From contig CM000155.2 of assembly GCA_000004695.1 (NCBI GenBank), positions 3,360,001-3,424,000 of the forward strand: a stretch of 64,000 bases of DNA. The letters run 5' to 3'. The stretch's first letter is position 1, and every line of letters begins with the position of its first letter. Shown here piece after piece: positions 27,683 through 41,164 of this stretch. Below the pieces are notes generated by a model. That model searched no databases and was not told the DNA's origin. It saw nothing but the letters and a program-made list of their open reading frames with translations. The position numbers were made by a program, and so were the translations under genes. The DNA is from Dictyostelium discoideum (Eukaryota).

Positions 27683-27702
27683 ATCGCAAGTTCGATCCCT
27701 GT
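27683..27702 (+). promoter_or_regulatory. ex-B box (extra B-box-like element downstream of a Dictyostelium tRNA gene)
   Basis: GATCGCAAGTTCGATCCCTG, with the core AGTTCGATCCC, lies about 33 nt after the tRNA 3' end. A duplicated B-box at this distance is a known feature of many D. discoideum tRNA genes. Confidence 0.55.
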
Positions 27703-28738
27703 TTTAGGTATTTTATTTGTTTTTTTATAAATCGTAATGAGCTTCGAATTCCAGCTAACGTTCTATTCATAATTTATATGTGATAACCCTCTTTGTTTAT
27801 TATCTATATAGGAAAAAATTATTCCAATTATATTAAATGAAAATTTTCAGTTTTATTATCTTATTACTCACAAATTTAAATATGTTAAAATTATATAAAT
27901 ATACACGCCAAAGAGCTTTTTTGAAAAAACATAAAAAACCAAAAAAACCTGAAAAACATAAAAAGAAAAAAAAAAAAACAAAAAAAAATCTTAAATACCC
28001 CAATAAACCTAAAATAAAAAAAAACCAAATTAAAAAAAAAACCTAAAAACCTTAAAGAACCTAAAAAAAACAAAAAATCCTAAAAACCTTAAAAAACCCA
28101 AAAAAACTAAAAAAAACTAAACAAAAAATAAAAAACCCACTTAACACAAAATTACTCTTCACCACTTTAATGCTGAAATTTTTACATCCAACCACCCTTA
28201 TTCTTTTTATTTTTTTTAATTTTTTTATTTTTTTTATTTTTTTTAGTGGTCCAAAGAGCATATAAAATGACTAAAATAACTAATTTTTCTTTTTATTTTT
28301 TTTTTTCGCATTGGCGTGTAAATTTATAATTAAAAAATAAAATAAAATAAAATTATTAAAGATATATCAATTATTATTATTAAATTACACGTGATATTAA
28401 TATTAATTATGCACATTGTTTTTAAAAATTTCAACACATTAAAAAAAAAACTTGTAACTCACAAATTATTTTTTATCTCTTTGTCCAATAATTTTTATTC
28501 TTGTATGAATTGAAATTATAATTGTAATATATTATTCAATTATAAACTGGAAAACAAATTAACAAAATTTATTCTAATTTTAGTTAAAAAAATTCTTTGA
28601 TTAAAAAAATTGCCGAATTTTTATTTTTTTTTTATTTTAATATTATTTTTTTTTTTTTTATATTTCGAAAGAAAAATATAAAAAGAAATAAAAATCAAAA
28701 GTCATATTCATATATCAAAATATACAAGTTTCAAAAAA

Positions 28739-29063
28739 ATGAATAAGGTAAAACCTAGGAAATTTAAACATAAATAATTTTAGATTTTTTTTTTTTTTAC
28801 TAATTCCAAAATTAAAGTTATTAAGTTTAATAGGATTTGCTCTTTTCTATGCTTTATTTCTTTTCTCTGTAGGCTCAAATGCTGAAGCAAATGGGTGCTC
28901 TGTTTACGTCGAACCTTATCAGTACTACGGTTTTTCGTGTCTGGACATGTCAATAAATTGCAACATACCATTTAAAACTTTTATGAGAATTAATAATTTA
29001 GATATGAAAAAGGATTGCGGTTACGAAAAAGTTGTATTGGGTAAAAGATATTGTTGTAATTAA
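28739..29063 (+). CDS. small secreted Cys-rich peptide (84 aa). The exons are join(28739..28747,28818..29063).
   Basis: A 9-nt first exon ATG AAT AAG, donor GTAAAA, acceptor ATTAAAG at 28811-28817. Exon 2 encodes LLSLIGFALFYALFLFSVGSNAEA (signal peptide) then NGCSVYVEPYQYYGFSCLDMSINCNIPFKTFMRINNLDMKKDCGYEKVVLGKRYCCN with 8 Cys. The local GC is above background. Confidence 0.45.
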
Positions 29064-29681
29064 ACAATGATAAACAAAATTTAATAAATTCTCTTTATGA
29101 AATTATTATTTTCAAAACTTTCAAATCATAAGTCCCAATTTTTTTTTTTTTTTTAATTTTGTAAAATTTTATTTTATCTTTTTATAACATTAAAATATTC
29201 TATTTTAATTATTAATGTTTATTCTATTGTTGTTAATTTAATTAAAATTATATTCAATTAAATATTTTATTAAACATTTCCATAAAGGGTTAAAAAAATA
29301 ATATAATTAATTTTAAATTAAATTTTAAAAAAAATAAATATAAAAAAATAATATAAAAAAATTAATGGAAATTAATTTAGAAAGAATTAATTAGAATTAT
29401 TCAGAGTAATAATTAATATTAATTTTAGAAAATAAGAATTAAAATGCTATACATAAAACTATAAAAACCCCTTTATATATATATATATATAAATAATAAA
29501 CTTCTTTTATTCGTCTCCCCATTGCTAAATTGTCTTCATTTATTTAGCAAGAATAATAGATAAAAAATAATTAAATAATAAACAAATTTAACTATTGTTA
29601 AATGATTCCTGTAAATGTTACAAAGATATTCATTATTATTATTTTTTATTATTTATTTAAACATTTTTATTTTTATTTTTT

Positions 29682-31511
<1,830 letters not shown>

Positions 31512-32092
31512 TTTTTCATTATGTTTTCAAAAAGTAAATAATAAAAGGTAAATGCTTTTTTTTTCTTTTTTTTTTTTTTTTGGATTTTTATTTTTTTTTT
31601 TTTTTTTTTTTTGGTTGATGATGTGGTTTGTAATGGGTACTTTTTCTTTTTTTTTTTTTAATTTTTCTTTTTCTTTTTCTCTTTATTTTTTTTTTTAACA
31701 TAAATATCAACAACCACTCAAGATTCGAAACACTTTTTTTTTTATTTTGTTCCGTTTTAACCGAACTTTTTTTTTTTTCTTTTTTTTTTATTTTTTTAAA
31801 AATAAAAAAAATATCTAAAATTTAAATTAATGCTGCAAAGATTTTTATTATTTTATTTTTTTTTTTATTTTTTATTTTTTATTTTTTTTTATTGAGTCAA
31901 TATTTTCCTGATCAATTTCTTATTTATTTTTTAATTTTAAAATTGATAACCCACTCGATTTGAAAATAGAATTTAATAATGTAAATACATTTTTTTTATC
32001 CACTTTTCCAAATCCCCACTTTTTCAATTTTTTTACTTTTCCAATTCCCCACATTATCAATTTTTAATTTGATTATTTTCAAATATATTTAC

Positions 32093-32128
<36 letters not shown>

Positions 32129-32239
32129 GATAAAAAAAAAAAAAAAAAATAAGAATTTTCTTAAAGAGAGAGATAGAATTATTTACAAGTTTATTTTGTT
32201 ATTATTATTTTTTTTTTTTTTTTTTTTTAAAAAAATTAA

Positions 32240-32656
32240 TTAATTTTTTGGTAATAAAAGTTCTAACCTTTTAGTTATTGGAATTAATAATTCATTATCA
32301 ATATTATTTGCCAAAAGATTAATAGTGAATAGTGTATGATTTTTAATTAAATTATCCACAATACTCTTTGCACCAACTGAACTAATCTTATTATTATATA
32401 ATGATAATCTCGATAAAATATTATTAAAAGGAAACACTTGATTAGCAATTGATGTTGCACCAATATCACCAATTGAATTACAAGATAAATCTAAATTTGT
32501 TATAGTTTTATTTGACTTCAATGCAAAAGAAATCTCTTTTGCACCAATTGCACCAATTGAATTATATGATAAATCAATAAATTCAATCACATTATTCTCT
32601 TTAATTAATTTTACTAATGATAATACACCATCACTTACAACTATATTTTTATCATC

Positions 32657-32696
<40 letters not shown>

Positions 32697-34277
32697 GGTG
32701 GTGGTGAAGCTTCTTTTGGATTTGTTGTTGTTGTTGTTGTTGATTGAATATGTGAAGATTCAATAGAAGTTATTAATGATTGTGATAATGAAATTGATTT
32801 AATTGTTTTATTTTTAATTAATTGATTTGCAAGTACTGAAACACCATAATTACCAAGGGAATTACTTGATAGATCTAATTGAGTTAAATTTATATTATCA
32901 TTTATTAAACTAAATGATTTTGCTAATTTAATAGCACCTAATGCTTCTAAATTATTACTAAATAAATTTAAATATTTTATATTTGAATTCTTTAAAAATG
33001 AACCAATATATTTCGCACCTCTATGACAAATTGTATTACAAGAGAAATCAATTGATGTAATTGGTGATACACAATTAGAAGAAGAGGATGATGATGATGA
33101 TGATGATGAGGATGATGATAAAACTTCAAATGATTTTGATAATTGAATTATTCCATTTGAATTTATCCAATTAATTGATAAATCCAATTGTGTCAATGTT
33201 TTATTATTAATTATAATATCAGAGAAAGAAGAAGCACCACTATCTTCAATACAATTACTACTTAAATTCAATGTAGTAATCATTGTATTCTCATTGTATG
33301 CAATTGATTTCGATAATAATTTAGCACCTTGATCACCAATTCTATTACATGATAAATCAATATTTAAAATTGACCTATTCAATGATAATCCAAATGCAAT
33401 ATATCCAACCGCTTGATTATCAATTAAATTTCTTGATAAATTTAATGATTTTAATGATTTATTCTTTCCTAATGAATTTTTAAATGTTAATCCAATTTTT
33501 GTTATTGCTGTCGTTATTGTTGATTGTGAAATTTCTGTTGGTGTTGCTGTTGGTATTATTATTATTGATGAAGATTCTGGTGATGATGATTCTGGTGATG
33601 ATGATGAAGAAGTAGATGATGATGATGATGGTGATAATGAAAGTTTACAATTTGATAAATTTAAATCAGTTAATGATTGATTAAGTGAAATCATTTCAGC
33701 AAATGCTAAAGTACCTTCTTGAAATAATGAATTACAACTATACTGTAATGATGTTATTGAATTATTAATTGATAATGCTTTTGCAATTGCAACTGAACCA
33801 AATTGTTTAATATCATTAAATGATAAATTCAATGACTGAATAGATTTATTACTTGATAAACCATCAGCTAGTATAATTGCAGATTCATTAGATAATTGAT
33901 TATATGATAAATCCAATGACGATAATGAAAGAGGTGTAATTGTTTTAAGTATATTTGAAAATTTAGATAATCCCACAAATCCATTACTAGTCGACTCTTT
34001 ACCACCAATTTTACAACGACCTAAATCCAATGACCAAAGTATCGATTTATTGCCACTCATAATATCATTGATTATACCAATGGTGGAATTCGATGTCATC
34101 AATTTTATTGTTAACTTTATTTTAAAATATTCTGGTAAATTAACTAACGACTTTAATTGATTCAATAATCCTAAATCAATTTGGTTAAATGCTAATTCTA
34201 AATTTATTAAATTTGAATGATCTTTTAAATCATTTATAAATTCTTTTAAATTATTATTTCCATTATTTCCATTATTT

Positions 34278-34315
<38 letters not shown>

Positions 34316-34642
34316 TAAAAAATTACAATATAATATATTTAATTCAATTAAATTCTCTAAACTTTTAATTAATTTTGATAATTTTAATAAATTTAATTTA
34401 CATTGTTTTAATGATAATGTTGATGTTGATTTAAATGATGATAATATTTTTATTGGTAAATCTAGTATATCATTATTATTAAATTCTAAGAAATGTATTG
34501 TTTCTTTACAATATTTATTCCACTTTTTATCAATTAATGTTAATTGAAAATAATCTGCTGTTAATCTATTATTACTAATTAATGAAATAATCTTTTTAAT
34601 TATTATAACTGGTAATTTATTAATATTATCAACACTAATCAT
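32240..34642 (-). CDS. leucine-rich repeat protein of the ribonuclease-inhibitor (RNI) type, with a possible N-terminal F-box-like segment. 800 aa.
   Basis: The ATG is at 34640-34642. There are at least 12 repeats of the ~28-aa RNI-type LRR (LxxLDLSxNxIGxxGAxxLAxALxxNxSLxx). The N-terminus LPVIIIKKIISLI resembles an F-box core. It has Ser/Thr-rich linkers. Confidence 0.7.
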
Positions 34643-35177
34643 TTTTTTGATTTTTTATTTTTATTTTTATTATTAATATTAATATTATTATTATTATTAT
34701 TATTATTATAAAAAATGATAAAAAAAGGAAAAAAATAAAAACTAAAAATATAAAGGAGAAGGAATTAATTTCTTTTTTTTTTTTTTATTTTTTATTTTTT
34801 GTATGTAAAAAATAAGAAAATATAAAAAAAAAAAAAAAAAAATTTGTTTTTTAATTTTTATTTTTTATATGTGAAATTATTTATTTGTGTATATAGATTA
34901 ACTGTTATTAAAAACATTGAGAAAAGTGTGTGTGTGTGGTGTGAGTGAGTATTGTTTATTATAATTAATATTAAAATTTAAATTTAAAAAAAAATAAAAA
35001 ATAAAAAATAAATAAAAAAAAAAAAAAACTGAAAAATTAATTTTTTTTTTTTTTTTTTTTTGTAAAAAAACACAACCAATTTCCTCAAATTAGATCAACA
35101 ATAATTCGATATTTATTTTTTTAATTTTTCTTTTTTTTATATTGCCACCATTTTAATATTAAAAAATAAATTTTATT

Positions 35178-35787
35178 ATGACTAGTGTAAGCAGTGATAG
35201 TAGAAAACAATTTAAAGGTTCAGGTGATCATGTATTTGATTTTGATAATAAAGAAAATCATGATTTCCTTTCATTAACAATAAAACAAGATAATAATAAT
35301 AATAATAATAATAACACCAATGTTTCATTATCACCATCAATTAAAAGTCAAGCAACATCTTCCACTGGTGGTAATAAGAATCAAATATTTTCACAAATGA
35401 GAGAATTAGATAAAAAATCATTAATGTTAATTGAAACTTATTATAGAGATAAATTAATAACTTATCAAGAAAAGTAAGTTATAATTTTTAAAATAAACAA
35501 ATAAAAACAAATGAAAACAAATAAATTAATTAATTAATAAATAAATACTAACTAATTTTTATTTATTATTATTATTATTAGATTAAAAAGAGAATTAGAA
35601 CAAATATATAATAAAAAATTACAATCATTAAAAATTCAATATGATAGTGATTCTTATTTAAAATTTAAACAATTTGAACTTGAAACTAAAAAAGCATTAT
35701 TGTTACTATTAAAAGAATTCCAAGATTTAAAGAAATCAAAACAACAACAAGAAAAACAATTAAAATTACAACAAATTAAACAAGAGA

Positions 35788-35863
<76 letters not shown>

Positions 35864-36091
35864 TGATGACCAACAAAAAGATATAGATAATAGTAATGAT
35901 ATTGTTAATGATTTTAAAACAGATAAAATATTAAAAGAAAAAGAAGAAATTTTAAATAAATTAGAATTAATAACGAAATCAATAACAGATTTATTTATTC
36001 AACAAGTTGATATCTCTACTGATACTATCGACTTTCAATCTTTTTTATCAAATATTGTAGCAACGACGACAACAACAACTGCAACAATATC

Positions 36092-36098
<7 letters not shown>
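35178..36098 (+). CDS. hypothetical coiled-coil protein. The exons are join(35178..35473,35582..36098).
   Basis: The donor GTAAGT is at 35474 (phase 2) and the acceptor TATTATTAG ends at 35581. The frame continues into track ORF 35700..36098. It is K/E/Q-rich and heptad-like, with an (AAT)n poly-N run. Confidence 0.5.
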
Positions 36099-36138
<40 letters not shown>

Positions 36139-36259
36139 AAATAAAATAATAGTAATAATTGTTGTAATATTATAAAAAAAGATGTATTTTCTTTATTATT
36201 AATTTTTTTATTTTTTATTTTAAAATATACATATATATAGCGCGTTTTATATATATATA

Positions 36260-37009
36260 TTAATTTGTTGTATTTGTATCAGGAGTTGTAATTGTTGTTT
36301 TTGATTGATCTATTAATTCTGGGAAAATATTGACAAATTCGTGAATTTCATCTATACAATAATCGACATGAGGATCATTTGAAGTAGCACCAACCAAAAC
36401 AGTGTACATACCAGCTTTTTTTGCTTCTACTAAATTCTCTACAACATCATCGAAAAACACACAACCAGATGCATCGGTAGTGTCAGCTTTTTTCATTGCC
36501 ATTTGGTAGGCGACTGGATGAGGTTTTGAAAAGTCCATCATTTCTAAATAATCTAACCAAGCATCGAAACAATCATCAATTTCCAATTCACGTGTAACAC
36601 GTTTACAATGACCAATGTCGGCATTTGAAAAGATCACCTTTTTGACACCACTCTTTACACTCTTGAGACATGCATGTAATCGTGCATCTGGTTTTAAATG
36701 ACTCTTTAAATCTAATCCACCATGAACATAATCTAAATATTTGTCAATGTTTACTTCATGATTCATCATTAAACCTTTTAATGTGAGGCCATATGTTTTA
36801 TAATAATGATTTCTAACTTTATCTACCTCTTCCATTGGTAAATTCAATATGATTGACATATATTGAGTGATTCTATTACTAACTTGTGCTGCTAATCCAC
36901 ATGATTTTGGATATAATGTATTATCTAAATCAAATAATAATGTATGAATTTTACGTTCACCATTATTCTTTATTAAATTATCTGTTGAATTAATTTCTGC
37001 TACTGTCAT
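36260..37009 (-). CDS. HAD-superfamily pyrimidine 5'-nucleotidase (Sdt1/SSM1-like). 249 aa.
   Basis: The ATG is at 37007-37009. The HAD motif I is LLFDLDNTLY, with YYKTYGLTLKGLMMNH, KPHPVAYQMAM and VFFDD (motif IV). It is colinear with yeast Sdt1p, judged from memory. Confidence 0.75.
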   Translation of the reverse strand: MTVAEINSTDNLIKNNGERKIHTLLFDLDNTLYPKSCGLAAQVSNRITQYMSIILNLPMEEVDKVRNHYYKTYGLTLKGLMMNHEVNIDKYLDYVHGGLDLKSHLKPDARLHACLKSVKSGVKKVIFSNADIGHCKRVTRELEIDDCFDAWLDYLEMMDFSKPHPVAYQMAMKKADTTDASGCVFFDDVVENLVEAKKAGMYTVLVGATSNDPHVDYCIDEIHEFVNIFPELIDQSKTTITTPDTNTTN

Positions 37010-38571
37010 TTTTATTTATTTATTATTGTAATTATTTTTTTATACTAATAAAAAAAAAAAAAAGGAATATTATGTTAATTTTTTTTTTTTTTTTTTATAA
37101 TATATAAATAAATATTTTAAAAGAGAGAGATAGAGATAGAGAGAGTGAAAGAAAGAGTGAATGAATTAATGATAAAAAAAAAAAAAAAAAAAAAAACCTA
37201 TTTATATTTAAAATTTAATATTGCCATTTAATTTTTTTTTTTTATTTTAAAAAAAAAAAAATAAAATATGTGGGATGGTGGTAAGTGTTTATTTAGGGTG
37301 TGTTTATTATGTATAATTACCAGTTGGGGAATTTGGGGGTTTAAAATGCCAAAAAAAAAAAAAAAAATTTTTTTTAAGAGGGGTGGTGTATATATATGTA
37401 TTTGAAGGAATGTAATAGTATTAAAAATTGTAATAATACCCAATAAGAAAGTTTATAGATAATGGTTTGTAATAAAATTATTATTATTATTATTATTATC
37501 TATGTTTTGAAATTATTTGTTGTAATTAATTTGATGGTATGGAAATAAAAAAAAAATGATAAAAAAAAAAAAAAAGGTGGGTTTTTTTTTTTTTAATTTT
37601 ATTTTTTTTTTTTTTTTCAAATTTATCAAAATTTTAGGAAAATAAAAATTAAATTAATTAAAATATTTTTTTTTTACCCCCCAAACCGCAAGGCACCAAA
37701 ATTTTTTTTTTAAGCAGTTATAATTCATCACTATTTTGAAACAATAACGAAAATGAATTTCATTTTTTTTTTTTCCCTAATAAATGACAAAAAATAATAA
37801 AAAAAAAAGAAAAAAAAATAAAAAAAAATAAAAAAAAAAAAAAGAAAAAAACAATTAAACAAAAGAAAAATTAATTAATTAAAATTTAAAAAAAAAATGA
37901 TTTGAAAAAAAAAAAAAAAAAAAAAATATAACCAAATGGTGCCAGGTGGAAGTTTCTAGCACTAAAAAGGTGTAAAATTATTTTTTTTTTTTTTATTTTT
38001 TTTTTTTTTTTGGTGTATGCAAACGTTATTTTAATATAACCTTAATCAAATTTAAAAAATTAAAAAAAAAAAAAATTTAAAAAAAATAAATTATTTAAAA
38101 AACATTTACAAATTTATTTTATAATAATATTATTTTTCGTACATCAAAAAATGTGAAAATATTTTAATTAATTATTTATTTTATTTTGGTTTTTTTTTTT
38201 TTTTTTTTTTTAAACAAAATAATTTTTTTTTTTTTATTTTAATCACCACTTTTAAATTTGATTAAATAAATAATTTTTTATTTATTCATTTTTAAAAAAC
38301 GATATAAAACATTTAACACTTCAAAAAAAAAAAAAATAAAAAAATAAAAAAAAACACTTCAAAAAAAATAAAAAATAAAATATAAAAATAAAAAATAAAA
38401 TCTTAAAAAACCACATATAAAATTTTCCATATCGGTATTAGTATTATTAATTTTATATTATTCTAAAATTAATCATTTATAGTTTTTATAATAAAAATAA
38501 TAATTATAATAATAATAATAATAATCCAAATTCGTAATAAGGAATAAAAAAAAAAAAAAAAAAAAAAAAAA

Positions 38572-40098
38572 ATGAATTATTATCAAAATTTAAATGAAAA
38601 TAATCAATTTAAATATAAACCAAATTATAATTATAATAATAATAATAATAAATATATAAATAATAATTATAAAAATAATAATAATAATTTATTATTAAAA
38701 ATAATGAAAAAAATTAAAATTAAAATTTTAAATTTAATTGAATTTTTAAAATTTAATTTTAAAAAAACCAATTTTAAAATAATATTTAAACAAATTGGGA
38801 TTCAATTATTATTTATGTGTTTATTATTTGGAATTATTGCACCAATTTCAATTTTACTTTATAATAATTCACCATCAAAATATTTAGGTAATAAAATCCA
38901 ATTTTCAAGTGAAGATATTTATTCACCAATTGAAAATAATATTTCAATTTATGATAGAAAAGAATTTCCACAACAATGGTCACAAGTTAATATTTTATTA
39001 GACCCACATTCACATACAACTTATTCCGATGGAACATTAACACCTGAGGAGAATATAAAATGGCATATTTCCAATGGTTTCAATGCAATGTTTATGACCG
39101 ATCATAATAAAATCGAAGGTGGGTTAGAGGGACAGCGAATCGCCCAAAAGAAATACTCTTCAAAGATATTGGTGGTGCCAGGTATCGAATGGACAAATTG
39201 CAGATGTCATTTAAATTTAATTGGTATCAATGTGAATGTACCCTTAATTAAATTCCCAACAAATAAAGAAATTAAGGAAATAATTGATTTCGTTCATTCC
39301 CAAGGTGGGTTAGTTATATTGAATCATTATCCATGGAGTTACTGGGCAGGTTTAGACCAACCCTCAATGGAAGAATGGTATGAAATGGGCATTGACTTCC
39401 TCGAGGTTGTAAATATTGACACTATGGACTACCAAGGTATAGTATTTTGTAAAGACCATGACCTTCGTTATGTGACAGGTTCTGATTTCCATAGTAATCA
39501 ACATGCTTACTCTTGGACAGTTTTCAATATACCTCAATTACCACATGGTTCAATCCCAACTCAAGATCAATTAATTAAAACATTATTAGATAAATCAACT
39601 AAAACTTCATTTGCATTCGATTCACTTGCTAGTAAAACAGTTTCAGTTAAATCAAATAAATTAACACTTAATCCAACCTTCATTTTCTTATCACCTTGGA
39701 TTTATATAGGTGGTTTCTTTCATAGTTTTTTCGAATTAAAAAAAGGAATGTATAGTTTTGTAGATGGTAGTTGTACTGAACAAATTGTTGATATTCATAC
39801 CAATGAATTAGTTTCATTAGTAGCTTGGATTTTCTTTATTTTTATAATTGCCCAATTATTATATTTCACTTTAATTTTCACTTTAAATTATTTAAAATCA
39901 AAATTTAAAAATAAATCAAAAGAATCAACAACAATAAATAAAGAAGATTTTGAAAAAGAAAAAGAAACTGAAATAGAAAATGAAAAACAATCATCAATTA
40001 ATTTAGATGACAATTGTGACAATTGTGAAAGTAGTGGTAGCAGTAGTAATTCTTCTGATATTATATCAGATAATAGTTCAATAAGTAGTAACGATTAA
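38572..40098 (+). CDS. PHP-domain (polymerase/histidinol-phosphatase family) metal-dependent phosphoesterase, membrane-anchored. 508 aa.
   Basis: The N-terminus is poly-N, followed by a TM helix (IQLLFMCLLFGIIAPISILL). PHP motifs are LDPHSHTTYSDGTLTPEE (motif I, HxH...SDG), LNHYPW and VTGSDFHSNQH (C-terminal GSDxH). There are further TM helices (LVSLVAWIFFIFIIAQLLYFTLIF) and an acidic/Ser-rich tail. Confidence 0.7.
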   Translation: MNYYQNLNENNQFKYKPNYNYNNNNNKYINNNYKNNNNNLLLKIMKKIKIKILNLIEFLKFNFKKTNFKIIFKQIGIQLLFMCLLFGIIAPISILLYNNSPSKYLGNKIQFSSEDIYSPIENNISIYDRKEFPQQWSQVNILLDPHSHTTYSDGTLTPEENIKWHISNGFNAMFMTDHNKIEGGLEGQRIAQKKYSSKILVVPGIEWTNCRCHLNLIGINVNVPLIKFPTNKEIKEIIDFVHSQGGLVILNHYPWSYWAGLDQPSMEEWYEMGIDFLEVVNIDTMDYQGIVFCKDHDLRYVTGSDFHSNQHAYSWTVFNIPQLPHGSIPTQDQLIKTLLDKSTKTSFAFDSLASKTVSVKSNKLTLNPTFIFLSPWIYIGGFFHSFFELKKGMYSFVDGSCTEQIVDIHTNELVSLVAWIFFIFIIAQLLYFTLIFTLNYLKSKFKNKSKESTTINKEDFEKEKETEIENEKQSSINLDDNCDNCESSGSSSNSSDIISDNSSISSND

Positions 40099-40164
40099 AA
40101 AAAAAAAAATAAAAAAATAAAATAAAATAAACTTTTTATTTGTAAATATAATTAATTTTATTAT

Positions 40165-41090
40165 TTAAAAATTATCTAAAGCATTAAATAAAGAATGATA
40201 AGTTTCTAATAATAAAGGTTTAGCTAATTCTGAATTTTCTTTAAAAGCATCTGGTTTATTTGGATTCATATTTACACCTAATACTAAAATTACAATATCT
40301 ATACCATATTCTTTATGAAGTATTGAATTTACTAATTGTTTATTATTTTGTAATGATATTGGATAAACTTTACCAATTTTACCACAATTTGGATATAAAT
40401 TTTTAGTCACTTTTTCAAAGGTACCAGTATCTAACATTTCATATAATTGTTTATTTTGTGGTGTTTTCTTTAATCTCCATGTCGATTCTGTTGCAAATAA
40501 TTTACAACCTAAATTAAATTGTTCTAAACTATTTGAATTTTCAATTTTAATAATTTCAAACCTTTTATCCCATTTATCATTAAAATGCTAAATATAAATA
40601 TAAAAATTATAAAATAAATTAGTAAATAATTTAAAATATAAATTTCAGAGATATATATACCTTTTTAAATGATTGAATTAAATTATCAGAATAAATAGAT
40701 TTCTCTACCATCATTTTTAATTTAATATCATCTTCTTTTTCATGAAAATGTAAATATTCTGAAATTGCATTTGCAGATATCTCTGTTGCATCATCAATAT
40801 TGAAACCAAATGTTGAAGTAGATATGAAAGGAAATGCTAATGATCTCTCTTTTAATGCATCTGTTAATCTTTTCTTTCTATATTTTGGTCCAATAATTTT
40901 ACTAATATTTGAATTACTTTCATCAAAATTTTCATTTATTTTTGTTTGTGGTTGTATTGATGGTGATGATGTTGATGATGATGTTTTAGTTGCCGGTGTT
41001 GTTGTTGTTGTTGTTGATGATGATGATGATGATGATGGTGATGACGATTGAGGTATAGTTACAGCAGAGTTTGCAGTTTTTGCAGAAGTT

Positions 41091-41164
<74 letters not shown>

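Noticed and set aside
27588-27770. 60-aa minus-strand ORF (MNRTLAGIRSSLRF...)
   Set aside because: It is simply the antisense of tRNA-Phe and its ex-B box. The GC-rich tRNA sequence gives a stop-free frame by chance.
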